Shown piece after piece: positions 11,456 to 23,372 of a DNA stretch of 64,000 nt. The stretch is from Pseudogymnoascus verrucosus (taxonomy: Eukaryota), in NCBI GenBank assembly GCA_001662655.1, contig KV460206.1; one strand, given 5' to 3'. The stretch's first letter is position 1; every line of letters starts with the position of its first letter. A program made the translations under genes and the position numbers. A model generated the notes under the pieces. It was not told the origin of the DNA. It worked only from the letters and a program-made list of their open reading frames with translations, and searched no databases.

Positions 11456-13684
11456 ATGGCCGACCGTGGGAACCGTGAGTTCCTTGATGCCCTGCAACTT
11501 CGCGTTCGCGTGCTGGAAGTCGAAAACACCAGGCTCAATGCAGAAATTCTCAGTTTACTGGAGAAATTGGAAATCTGCATTGAAAAATACGGCCCGAAAT
11601 GCTTCGTAAGAAAGTCCAAGCAAGTTGTAAGTGTCCCAATCTCACTCTCCATGCGCATGATACTCGTTGACTTTAGTACTATTGCTTGACTAACCTACTA
11701 ATACGCATTCTAGGACTGGAGGAAGATGCTCCGAGACTCCGACAACCTGACAGACCCAAAGGAACTCAAAAAGATTTACAGGGCTGCCTGCAAACAGTTT
11801 AATATGAGCTCAGTCCCTCAGAACCACGGGATATACTACGTTCGGCCAAACAACAAAGAACTTGAATTAGAACTGGCAGTGGCCGACCCAACAGCGGGGT
11901 TCCAACCGGAGATGTTTTTCAACTTTGCTGCCCTCCTGAAAGACCATCCGAAGATTGCCTTCAAGATTGCGGCCTATACAATGGTTAAGGATACCGCGAT
12001 CTCTGTGGTCGCCCGTTTCGACATACATGATGTGTATCCTCCAACACAAGGCGGGCTCGACAAGAAAAGTGGACTTAGCTACCGCTTCCACTGGGGTGGT
12101 TCGGCCTGTGCTATAAATTCGTCGCCTCTCCCAAGAGACGTCTTGGCCCCCATTTTCGTCTCCAGGGATTGGCACGAGATGTTTGCCACTGCATTCTACT
12201 TTATGAACTCGTTTTCATTCGAGTCCTTGGGAGAATTTGGCATTTTCTGCAGAAACACTCCACGAGCCAGATGGCAGAGGGTGTCAGATTCGGCTATCAC
12301 ATGGATTGGTTCCATAATGGAGACCAGCAACCCAAAGAAGAGCGGACCAAGATGGTGTAAAAGCCGTTGGGGAATGCATGTGTTGGGTCAGTTTCGTAAT
12401 CTGAGAAGCCTGGTGATCAGCCTCGATGAGACGTCAAATGGCAGAATACGAAGAAAGGACGAGCCAGAACACATGAAGCAACCGCTCAAGAGGTCAACCA
12501 AGAACCACGACAATTACAGGATGACCAGAGATCTCCGCAAGTTACGAGGCATGGATAACATTTACCAGCTCCGAGGCATTGAGCATATTGAAGTGTATGA
12601 TAACTTCCAACTGTTTCCAAAAAGGCCAGTTCGAGATCAAACTTTCGTTCAAGACTTGAAGCGCCAGGTGTGCGCTCCAAAGAGTCAAGCAGATGAGGCG
12701 AAAGCAAAGATTAAAAACATGATGCCTCTTTTGCGACGAAACCCTGGCACTCCCAAATACAAGCCGTCGAGGCAGGTTAAACAGGTGCTGAAATATATTT
12801 TCAACTCCCGTCCTCGATATGAGCGTCCAGATGTGCCACAGCAAATGGCAGGCGATGAGAGCGATTCGGATGGCGATGATGATGACGAGGACCCTGGCGA
12901 TATCAGTGACCCCGAAAGTGACGACGTTGACTACGACCAGCTCGATGATGACGACCACCAGAACCCACACGACGATGATGACTCCGATGATGATGATGAT
13001 GATGCGCCAAATCAAGGCGCCATTGCTTCAAGAGAAGCTTCAGAAGCCTCCAGGGCCGGAAATTTTGCCAATGGTGGCAGCGAAAACAACGATGATGAAG
13101 ATGAGGATACTGAGATGGGTGGACATGAGCTTCAGAGTGTTATAAAACCAGGGGAAGACTCTGACGATGATGACTTCGAGTTCATTCACTCTGAAAAGCT
13201 CCCACCGATTAAAGTGGAAGGCGACGATGAGCTTGGATTCCTCCACTCCGTCAAGCGTCCTACCCAAACCATCGATTTGAGCCAGCTGCCTGACATGGCA
13301 GATCCAGACACTGCGCTTCCATCCATCGAACAAGATGAGGTCAAGCAGGAGGTGAAGTCCGAGGATCCAAGTGCAGGAGAAGGCAGGGATAGCATGGAGA
13401 GCATCCCCTTCTTCGATAGCCCAACTTGGACACAACGAGATGTGGTTTCACCTTTCGGACGGCTCACTCCGAGGCGAGGCTCTTCACCACAATCATCTTT
13501 ATTCGTTCGTCAAAGTCCCTCCGCACGGAGCGCTTTTTCAAGCCGCCTCTCTGGATACTTCGGATCTCCAGGCTCGGAGCGAAAGCGAAGCTTTGAAGAT
13601 GAAGACGATGACGATGCGGCACCTCTAAGCGTGAGACGTCGCTTGTCGGATATGACGGTGACTGAAAATGAGATTGAGAAGTGA
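11456..13684 (+). CDS. Hypothetical protein with N-terminal coiled coil, globular middle and acidic disordered C-terminus; intron 11627-11713
   Basis: A 57-codon exon spliced across GTAAGT...CTAAC...TAG joins the 652 aa ORF in frame. Confidence 0.75.
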
Positions 13685-14803
13685 AGCAGCTTTATGAAGA
13701 TTTGCGCAATATCGAAGTATTTATTATGATTTACGACTTGGGCAATTTGAGAAGGAAGGCGTGGGTTTTAATGGCTATTGACAGTCGGTGATGGCATGGG
13801 TACTGGAGAAAGGAACCGAGCTTACGGTGGCGCTATTTGATGATATCTAAATGAATCGTTTTTGAGGCATCTGCGTGCACTCGGAGAGCAGTTTTATTTT
13901 TTATATTTTTATGATACCATGGAATGGAAAACGAGAAGGTTTGCAATTGAAAGCAGAAGCATTTGCGGTGTTATCGTTTCGAAGAAAGAGCCAGGCAAGA
14001 GTACGGATACTGACAGTGGATCCTTCTCATGTGCTCACAATTTATTCATCGAAGTTAATCTAATAAATCGATTTAACTTCATCATTCAATTATAAAAGTG
14101 AGATTAACATGTTCAGTTTAATTGTGGCATATACGGGCCCAACCTTGGCCAGCCATACTATCAAAGCCTAAAGACCCCGCGATACCTCGGCTCCACTAGC
14201 GCCAAGCGCCAATTGCGGGTGATGACGTCAACGTTACTGTTGTGAGGATTTTGAACTTGGACGAACATCGCCCCACATGAATAATGTGGAAGCTTCAAAA
14301 TAGCAATTATTCTAAAATATAGACCCTCATTAAATAAATAAACAGTATTATCTGGGACAGCTATCGGGTCGTCCAATATAATGGAAGCGGCGTGGTGGTT
14401 GAGCTACAGGTTCCAATACCAGAGCACAAGCATCGACATTACGGTTTCTATTAAGAGGCTCAGAATTTGAGCTCCGACTAGCTCGATTCTCGGCTACTAA
14501 AATACGCTATGAGAACACCGCTTTCAGGAGCAAGGTCCCTGGAAATGGTAGTCCCTGAAAATATGCGCCTGGCCATCCATGTTATATGTGGGCCAGGTCA
14601 TTGGAATGACGACATGATTCTAAAGTTGCCCTGACGCAACAATGCAAGCTACAAATATGAGTAGCTCCCCCTTCCGAGCAGAAAATTATTACTCTCTATA
14701 CTCAGTGAAGCTTCATTTTCAATCAATTGAGCTGTGTTCGCGAAATTCCGACATTCTCACCGCATAATATCATACTTCCCGCATTCTATCACATCTTATA
14801 ATC

Positions 14804-16027
14804 ATGATGGCTTCAAGAACCGCCATGAGGTCGGCGCGTGTGCTGAAAGCGCCAGTAAGGCCCCCAATCCGCTCCAATGCCCGCCAAATCAGACTACAAT
14901 CGACTTCGACGCCACAACAATCCTCACAAGTGGCATCGAATGCCGGGGGCGGTGGTGGTAGTGGAGTCGTTGCTGGAATCGCAGGCGGCGCCCTCGTCTT
15001 TTCTCTCGGATACGGATACTACTACTACAGTGGCGCAAAGACCATCGTTGATGGCGCGGCAGCAACCAAGAGGCAGTTCAAAAACATCACCTCCTCCATG
15101 AAAGACTCGGCTCCTGAGCCAAACGAGTTATTAAAATGGTTCCGGAGCACCGTTACCTCATACGCCGCATTCATCCCCGGAGCCAAGTCCTACGTTGACG
15201 CGGCTTTCAACGATCTCGATAAGATTGAGCAGAAGCACCGTGGCAAGGTCGACGAGATTATCAAGGATGCTTACTCCGACATGAGGGAAGCAACTAAGGG
15301 CGGATTGACCATCGAGACCGCACACAAGACCTGGGAAATCCTCGAGAAGCACCTCAGCAAGGTGACTGAGCTCGCGAGCGAAGCATCGGGCGAGATCTTG
15401 GATAACCACCCTCAACTCAAGGAGAAGGTTGGCGGCAACATCGACCAGCTGAAGAAAATGGCCGACTCGTACGGCCCAGAGGCGAAGGAGCAGGTGAACA
15501 AGACATATGGCCAGATCAAGGACATTCTCAAGAACAGCAGCGGCACCGACGCGGCGGACAATATCCGCAAGGTCGTCGAGGAGAACATTGAGAAGCTCAA
15601 GGGAATGGGTGATCAAGCGTGGAAGAAGGGTCTTGAGAAGGCACAGCCTTACCTTGACAAGAACCCCGAGATCAAGAAGGTCATTGAGGAGAACTCGGAT
15701 GCGCTTAAGCAGGCGAACTTCTCGGAGCTGTTTGAGAAGATCAAGAGCGGGGATGTTAGCGATCTGAAGGAGTATGCGAAGAAGGCTAGTGAGAAGGCGA
15801 AGAGCTCGGGCGTGGGGAAGAACATTCAGGAGTATATCAACTTGATCCCTGGCGGTCAAGAGATCGTGCCGAAGTTGCACAAGCTACATGAGGCGGTGAA
15901 GAAGCATGGCGGAGAGGCGGACAAGATTGCCAAGGAGGCGTATAAGGAGATCGCAGAGATCCTATCAAAGAAGGCTGATGAGGTTGAGGATCTTGCGAGC
16001 AAGGCAGCGAGCGATGCTAAGAAGTGA
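14804..16027 (+). CDS. Apolipoprotein/LEA-like helical-repeat protein, probably mitochondrial, one TM segment
   Basis: 407 aa intronless ORF; Arg-rich presequence, hydrophobic segment (VVAGIAGGALVFSLGYGYYYY), then Lys/Glu/Ala amphipathic repeats; strong codon bias. Confidence 0.8.
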   Translation: MMASRTAMRSARVLKAPVRPPIRSNARQIRLQSTSTPQQSSQVASNAGGGGGSGVVAGIAGGALVFSLGYGYYYYSGAKTIVDGAAATKRQFKNITSSMKDSAPEPNELLKWFRSTVTSYAAFIPGAKSYVDAAFNDLDKIEQKHRGKVDEIIKDAYSDMREATKGGLTIETAHKTWEILEKHLSKVTELASEASGEILDNHPQLKEKVGGNIDQLKKMADSYGPEAKEQVNKTYGQIKDILKNSSGTDAADNIRKVVEENIEKLKGMGDQAWKKGLEKAQPYLDKNPEIKKVIEENSDALKQANFSELFEKIKSGDVSDLKEYAKKASEKAKSSGVGKNIQEYINLIPGGQEIVPKLHKLHEAVKKHGGEADKIAKEAYKEIAEILSKKADEVEDLASKAASDAKK

Positions 16028-17217
16028 GGGGTTGGTGTTTAATCCCTGGAGTTGGCATGGGGAGGATGGGGGGATAAGTGATTGTAGATAATACGCATAG
16101 TCTCGGAGTCCCGGATATTCAAATGTTCAAATATTCACGTTCAAATGGCTCCTCATGAATTATAGGACTCATGCTAAAGCTTCTGTCTGGGTTTGTCAAC
16201 GCTCGTGATCGTATTATATCTTGTGAGAGACTGAAGATATCATAAATGCTCGTGCGGCACAACCCAACGGCTTCACATGGACTCCGCCAGAAGCACCCAA
16301 AATGAAAGCGCACAGCAACTATACGTGAAAATATAAAACATTAATCACTATATGCTGTAGTTATATTTTTGAAGAATAATACTTATAAATCCAACACAAC
16401 AGGGTAATTGTAGCCCTGGCGGGGACTTTTCAGCCTGAGAGCAGGGGTTTGCGCGGTTTTTGACCCTGGATGTTTCGTATGACAGACTCGCAACTCACAT
16501 CAAAATAGATATTCAGGAGGTCCCTTGGAATTCAACTAGTAAACTCTGTGTACGTTCTGTAAGTCAGTAGACAATGCGCTTCGAGCGACTTCGTCATCTA
16601 GGGCTCCTCGAAACGCTTCCCACGTCTCCCCGAGACGAGACATCATTGCCCACGAAGTCCAATGCATTCAAGCCCAGATCTTTCCAGGCCTCTCCCGAAA
16701 AACAAATAAACAGATACAAAATCCCAAATCTTCCCAAATAAAATAAATTCCATCATTCCAATCCCACCCATTTAAAGCCTACACCAACTGTGCCCCCCAT
16801 CTCACACCCCCCTTGGCCGCCCCCAGCCCGACCCAAAAAGCACCGACCACACACGCAAGCGACAACAACAAATCCCCCAAAACACCCACCCTCCGTTTGC
16901 CCACCCTCCCTCCCAGAAACCTCACAACAACACCGTCCACCAACACCTTCCACATCCCCAAACCCGCTCATCACAGTCGCCTCATCTCCGCGATCCTCGC
17001 CGCAAAATCTGCCAATCCCCAATCCCAAATCAATCCCGTGAGTCCAACTCCCCTCCCCGCCGCACGCGCCGATCGACGCGCTGGCGTTATCACCCGCTGC
17101 GCCGTGCCTTCAACGTCCCTCCACAACACAACACACAACACCTCTTCCCCAACTTACCGCCCCGCGACTACACCTGTGAGAGATCCAACTAATGCACCCC
17201 CTTCAGAACCCCAAAAA

Positions 17218-17732
17218 ATGGCCCGCGAAACCCGCGCCGCGACCGGCAACTCGCGCCCGCGCATCTTCGAGGCCCCTCCCTCGCCCGTCGCGCCGCGCAA
17301 GCGCGCCGCGCCCAAGCCGAAGGCCAACACAACTGCAAAGCGCGCACCGAAGAAGGCTGCTGCTGCGGGGAGCAAGCCGGTTGGTGTGAAGAAGACTACG
17401 GCGGCGCCAAAGGCAGGGGCTGCAGCTGTTGTTAAGGCGAAGGTGGAGAAGGTGAAGAAGGTTGTGGAGAAGAAGGTTAGTTAGTGGTGATTTTTTTTTT
17501 TTACTTTACTTTTCTATGTTTTGGTGTGCGGGGTTTCTTTCAGTTCGATGTTTTGTACATGTTTGTGTGTGATCTTTGGGAATTGGGAAGACGGCTTGTG
17601 AGATGGGTGCTGGATCGATCACCTTACTTACCATGTCCCTCTACCCACACTAACACACCCACCCCCCAGGCCGCACCAGCCAAGAAGGAGAAGGCCCCAG
17701 CGGCACCCAAGACGGTCGTTGCGAAGAAGTAG
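17218..17732 (+). CDS. Small Lys/Ala/Pro-rich basic protein resembling a histone H1 tail, 106 aa; intron 17476-17669
   Basis: MARETRAATGNSRPRIF...KKVVEKK spliced (GTTAGT...CTAAC...CAG) to AAPAKKEKAPAAPKTVVAKK*; probable 5'UTR intron 17038-17206. Confidence 0.75.
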
Positions 17733-17860
17733 ACGCGTCTCTACCCGCCTCATGGACACCACACCGCACTCACATACAAAAAACCGGCAGGGCGGACCGA
17801 GGATTATATAAGGGTTGGAACCATGCGTTTTCTGTCTAGCTGACTTGTCTATATCTGGCA

Positions 17861-17880
17861 CTCTCTCTCTCTCTCTCTCT
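17861..17880 (+). repeat. (CT)10 microsatellite
   Basis: Direct reading. Confidence 0.9.
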
Positions 17881-18183
17881 TTTTATGTTTTCCTTTTTGT
17901 GCTTTTTTTCGGAACCGGGTTATGGACCTACACCTCGCTTTTCATGTGCTCCTCTTTCGATGTTTTCTACTAAGGTTTGGGCTTGGCTGGGAGGAGAGCG
18001 ACTTATCAGGGTTTTTTTATGGGGAGGAGCGTTCGAGCAAGCGGGTTATAGTAACGTTTATTGCGATTTGCTAGATTTGGTTTAATTATACCTGTCTAAT
18101 ACGTCCTATGAAGCCTGTTGCTCATCGTGCTACCTACTATACTGTAATATGCCACCCCCAATTGGTATACACCCACCCCCAAT

Positions 18184-19071
18184 CTAATCAACCTGCGAAT
18201 ACCCAATATCCCCACTCACCCTCCCCAACTCCACAAGCCTCTTCCTCATCCCCTCCGCCACCTCCCTATCCTTCCCCTCCATAGCCCCAAAATCAACCTG
18301 GTCAACCCACTCCCCACACCCATGCTGCAGCACATTCCTCGCCCGATCCCTTCCGCCCTTCACATGTCCCATACTCCCATGCAGCGTTGCTCTCGCCTTG
18401 CCCGCATCATACACCCCGCGATGCAGGATATTATTATTGTAGAACACCGCGTCCCCGGCCTTCAACTGCACAATAAGCTGCCCTGGCATGTTATCCTCGT
18501 ACTCATCCGCGGTCCTCTCTGCGTCCGTCCGCGGCCTTGCGTGCGTCCCGGGGACTACAATCAGAGATGCGTCGTCGTATAGCGCCAGGTTCCACTGCGC
18601 GTGCCACGCCGGTTTGGCCAGGCGCTCTGTCTCCTCCTCCGCCGTAGCAGTGGGAGCAATATCATCCCTATGCCATCGCAGCGCAAAAGGGTGATCAGGT
18701 CGGACGAGGAGGTTATACAACTCCATAACCAAATCATCAGTTTCGCACTGCAAAAGCTCCGTCACAACAGCCAAAGTGCGCGGACTAAAGTAGGAAGACG
18801 CGAAGAGGGCGGAGGGCGGGAGTTCGGGGTGCATCAGGTGCTGAACGCCCCAGATTCCCTTGTCGAGGTCGGCGGCGGACCAAGGGGGGAATTGCTTGGG
18901 GAGAGTGCGGATGTAGGGCCAGTTTCCGGCGCGGGCCTGGGCGTCGACGGAGGTGGTTGCGGTGCGCATTGTGGCGAGGGCTTCGGGGGTGAGGAGGGAG
19001 GGGATCACGACGAAGCCGTCTTTGTTGAGGCGGTCGAGGAGGGGGTGGGGGGAGTCGGTTTGGGCCGACAT
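18184..19071 (-). CDS. Phytanoyl-CoA dioxygenase (PhyH) family Fe(II)/2OG dioxygenase
   Basis: DGFVVIP start, WHRD (HxD), L.VVPGTH, LKAGDAVFYNNNILHRG. Confidence 0.9.
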   Translation of the reverse strand: MSAQTDSPHPLLDRLNKDGFVVIPSLLTPEALATMRTATTSVDAQARAGNWPYIRTLPKQFPPWSAADLDKGIWGVQHLMHPELPPSALFASSYFSPRTLAVVTELLQCETDDLVMELYNLLVRPDHPFALRWHRDDIAPTATAEEETERLAKPAWHAQWNLALYDDASLIVVPGTHARPRTDAERTADEYEDNMPGQLIVQLKAGDAVFYNNNILHRGVYDAGKARATLHGSMGHVKGGRDRARNVLQHGCGEWVDQVDFGAMEGKDREVAEGMRKRLVELGRVSGDIGYSQVD

Positions 19072-19550
19072 TTTGAGGGTGGGTGAGGGGGTCTCGGTGG
19101 TGGTTTTGGTGATATTGGTGATATTGGACGGAGTTTTGGTCTTGTGCTCGTGTTTGAGTAGCGGGGTAGCAGCTTGGGGAGAGGAATAGAGGTTATAACA
19201 TGGGTTTGGCTTGAAGATATAAGGCTGAGAAGGCTGGAGGGGCGAGGCTCAAGGTGCGGTAGTTTAGGAGATGTAACGTAGCAATCCCGCTGTGGAGAAG
19301 GTTAGCCGGAGCCCTTAGAGGCAGAGGGGAAGGTGGGATGAGGGGTCCACGAGTCTCACGGGGCCTCGGATCTCGTTAATAGGTGACGTTGTGTAGAGGG
19401 TGTTGATCTCTGGTGGGTATTTGTGGTCGTATTTGTGTGTTTTTGATGGGCATGTCACAGCAGGGCGGGGTTGTGGTAATGTTGTATAAAATGATGCTGC
19501 GATAGAGGAAGTGGGGTTGATTGTGATAAGCTTCCTCGGGACCGAAAATC

Positions 19551-19765
19551 CGGGGATGCGCACGAGCGCAACTTTGGAACGGAGTGCTTGTGCCGGTTCA
19601 AAAGTCGGAGGGGGATTGGTATTGAGATTGAAATTGAAATTGAAGTTGTTAGAATTTATTTCTTTGATTCTATTTCTTAGAACCGGCCCCTTTGAAGCTT
19701 TGAAGAGATATAATATGCCTGTCGTAGTATAACGCCCCTATATCCCAAGACCGTTCTTAAACCAG
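19551..19765 (+). repeat. 5S-associated spacer copy S0 (upstream of 5S copy 1)
   Basis: Aligns by eye to 25955-26165 and 29760-29975 (AAGT.GG..GG..TTG.TATT.A.ATTGA, TTGAAGCTTTGAAGA...ATATGCC, GCCCCTATATCC, TTAAACC). Confidence 0.75.
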
Positions 19766-19783
19766 ACCACACGTGTATCCTTC

Positions 19784-19902
19784 ACATACGACCATAGACT
19801 CAAGAGAATTGGGCATCCCGTCCGCTCTGCCATACACAAGCTTGAGATCGGTGGATTAGTAGTTGGGTGGGTGACCACCAGCGAATACCCACTGTTGTAT
19901 GT
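19784..19902 (+). rRNA. rrn5: 5S rRNA gene, full length (copy 1)
   Basis: 119 nt ACATACGACCATA...GATTAGTAGTTGGGTGGGTGACCACCAGCGAATACCCACTGTTGTATGT with pairing ends, followed by an oligo-T Pol III terminator. Confidence 0.97.
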
Positions 19903-20233
19903 TTTTTTTACCATTTTTTTATATAATTTTGCTTCCGTATCCTCTGGATAATAGGCATGGCTTAGAATCTAGGCCCCTTGCCGTCTGAAGGGTGAGGAGA
20001 GGGTGAGGCTAAGTAACAATTTTGTGTTTGGCGTTACTTTCGCGTCATTTTTGTGTTGGCGCCGAAGTTTAGCTATATGTTAAAAGACATTAATAATATA
20101 ATTAGAAGATACAGAGCCTAATTCTATTATATCTATAGCTTCTTAAAAGCGAAAGTACAAGGCTTTATATAATAAACAGAAGATAGAAAAGATTACCCTG
20201 CCACCTATATTCTATTTACAACTTTTATCCTGC

Positions 20234-22308
20234 TTAAGTACTAAACATATCAACCTCGCTCCAATCTTTCCCCCTAGGACACTGCACACTCCCCTCTTTC
20301 AACCCCAACACCTTCTCTACAGCTCTCTCCCCACATCTGTCCGAAATAGTAAACGCTAATGTCCAACTCGCCAATGATCCGCCGCGCTCCCATCACTAAA
20401 TTTATAATCCTTCTCCTCCTCATACTTCCAATGATCGGTACCAAGCACTCTATCACACCTATCAGCTTCGCTCTTGATACTCTTTCCCCAATTACCATCA
20501 TCCCAGCCTGAGATCTTTAGATTGAAATCATAGGCCCATTTAGCCACGCCGTCGGAGCGACGGCAAGCGAGGTGCATGAAGCCGAGATGTTGGTTGTCAG
20601 CTGGGAATTCATCGTGGGATACGCCACCAGGACCCTTGGTGTTGATATCGCGGATGCCGATTTGGTAGAGGTCGCTGACCAAGGGCCTATTGATCCAGCT
20701 AGAGTCTTTGGTAGCACCGTAGTTGTCGATCATCATTTGGGTTGCGCTGTAACAATTTTGTCCGTCTTGAGTAGTATATAAGTATAGCTCTTTGGTGTTG
20801 GAGATTTTGATGGCGTATTCGCAACCAGTGGACCCGACTCTGGTAGCACGAACGAACTGAGAGGGGACGTTCTGGATGGTTGAGATATCGCAGATGTTTT
20901 GGCAGGCCTTGTCACGAAGTCGATAGTAGATGTTCTTGATGTCTTGCTTAGAGTTGTCGTCGAGGATCCAGTACCTGGGGAAGTTTGAATTGAGATCTGT
21001 TCCTGATCTAACGGGAACCGAACCAAAGAGACCTCCTAGAGCTTTTTGGAAGCTGTCGTCAGAAGAAGCTGTATTAAAGTCGTCAAAGTCTCCAAGGTGC
21101 AGAATTACTGGTCCTGTCTCTGCTACTAATGGGCCAGGCTTGTTAGGAACTCCTGGGAAGTACTTCGTAGTATCCCACCAGTACAGTGCTAATGAGGAAA
21201 CATTGATTAGCAAAGTTCTATGCAGAGTTGCGAAGCAGATAAGGACACTTACAACTCGCAAGCCAAGCGTAACCGTCAGCATTAGTACTAGCCCTCGTAG
21301 CACCTCCTCCTTGTTGCAGATCTCGAATAGCTAATTGATGAACTCGCTTCGGACCATATGCTTGGTATGACATTATATCAGGGTCAATATATTCATCAAT
21401 GACTGCCGCAACAATTAGTCCTACACACGGAAACATGTGTATTTAATGGAGTATACTTACTATGTGGTTGACCAATTAGATCGGTATGCATCATCTCATG
21501 CAAGAACATATGTCCACTTGTGAAGAAATATCTCGCATCCCTCATAATGTCAACATTACCCTTAGCCATCTCACCTTGCATCTCCTCGAACTTTCGGTTG
21601 AGAGTCGAAGTACTGAAGAAAGTCGGACACATTGTGATGTAGTGGTATTTGTAGCCAAACCAGCCATTACATGTCCACGCATAACCTCCGACTTGTTTAT
21701 CCTGGCGTTGAATATTGCATAAGTTTCTGGTGTCTTTGCAGCTTACTGTGATGTAGTCGCCACCCTTCAATTTAAAATCCGCGGCTCGGCAAAATTATCT
21801 TGAAATCATATTAGCTTGGGTATTTGGTTATCTGATGGTATTAGAGTTTACCTTTTATCCGCTGCTGTTGGCCTGCATAGTCAGGTCCCATATAGAAGTG
21901 ACCTCCTTCGATATTATGTATATCTGAAGTCAAACGAGTGTAGTGCGCCAGTATTTGTGCATCCCATTCAGCAGTCTCGAGAAATCCCTCTCTCGTATCA
22001 GCTGAATTGAGTTTGCAACTACCATCGTGATGTAGGGTGCCACCGAAAGCATGGACACCACCATCTGATGCGTGCAAAGCGTTTTTGCAAGCCTCAGGTG
22101 GATTCGAAGCGTCGGTACACTCGGATGGTAGCTGTGGCCATCCGTTGGGGAATGGGTTCTCCTCTCGAGCTGGTGCTGTGATCGAAGCAGGAGGGGTAGT
22201 TGGATCGTTGGAATTTGGATCGTCTGTTTCCTGGCGGTGAAGATGTGGTAGGTGAGGAAGAGCGGCTGCTAGGGAACATCCAAGGAACAGAAGCGAGCGA
22301 ATTAACAT
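20234..22308 (-). pseudogene. Secreted zincin metalloprotease (M35/aspzincin-like) with C-terminal Cys-containing domain; 3 introns and two apparent 1-bp frameshifts (~21788, ~20371)
   Basis: Signal peptide MLIRSLLFLGCSLAAALP; ITMCPTFF, FLHEMMH (HEXXH), AYGPKRV..LA and NADGYAWLA motifs; introns at 21799-21851 and two further GTAAGT...CTAAT...AG introns. Frameshifts may be real or assembly errors. Confidence 0.7.
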
Positions 22309-22799
22309 CTTGAACACAGAAAGAAGAGCAAAAGAGTTGAAATCGAATTACTGCGAGCGGAGAAAGACAGCGATGTAAAGAGTACAAGTAAGGTAGGAGG
22401 TGGGTTGGAAACTTGTGCCTTACCGGAATATACCTGTTTTAAGTAGCGGTCGTTGCATAGCCCCAAGGCAACTGACTGCCTTAGCACCGACCGGTGAGGG
22501 CATCACGGCTGCCCAAAAAGAAAAGAGTCCGTCAGGTTTGCCACGGTCTACGGAAATAGAGATCTGTGTTAAAAGGGTGTGTTAGCAGCCCTGTGCGGAA
22601 ATCACTTTTCTATTTCGGTCAGCAATACGCAGTAGTAAAAGCGACGGCTATAACAATAGGTCAATTCTACAGTTATATGTCAGTCTATATTCCGACTACA
22701 GTATCTATTGATTGCGGAGTAGTACAAACGACGATCTATTTAGAAGACTGTCATGCAACCCATATTCGAGGCTAGAGACCGTGTGAGGACCGCAAGGGG

Positions 22800-23125
22800 A
22801 GTTCCCTGGCGTCCCGCATGGAATCATCTGCTGCGCCGCCACGTAACCGCGAACATCACCCCGCCGTAGTTTCACGTCGATTATCTCGCGAATGTGCGCC
22901 TATAAGCACTCGAGTGCAGGCGTAACGCGCTGAATCCCCGCAGCCGCGATGAGCCCATCCAGTTGCGTCTTCTGCGCCGCGATCCGCGCCATTGCCGCTT
23001 CGAGCTGGCGCACGTCGACTTGGGCATAGTAGAGCGAGCCGACCGACTCTGTGTCGGCGGCTGAGCGCGTCTAGGCCTCTAGAAAGTTAGAACCGGCTTC
23101 GGGACGGCAGTCGAGGCGGTGGACT
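22800..23125 (-). pseudogene. Short-chain dehydrogenase/reductase (SDR) remnant
   Basis: Manual translation: VHRLD...F.EA*...GSLYYAQVDVR...LDGLIAAAGIQRVTPALE.L*..IREIIDV(fs)NYGGVMF...QQMI, the core of a fungal SDR with stops and a frameshift; GC/CpG-rich relative to its flanks. Confidence 0.6.
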
Positions 23126-23372
23126 ATTTATCGGTGTAGTTCGTTGTGTTATGCAGGGCTGCGGCAGCAAGTGGGGACGTGTCAGAATCACACAGACACA
23201 AACATGCACATGACCACGTGCACCCACCCCACAGTGCTTTGGTTCCAAGTGCAGCACAGTTTTCATTAACGATCCTTGCTTGGATTCATTACAAAATCAT
23301 CCTCACACTGTGCTAGAGGTCAATACTTGGCTAGGCAGTTCAATTCTCAATAAAGTTTTAAGATTTTGAAGC

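Noticed and set aside
16813..17217. N-terminal extension of the basic protein (223 aa ORF)
   Set aside because: Non-ATG start, and the region contains a canonical GTGAGT...CTAAT...CAG intron, so it is better read as 5'UTR.
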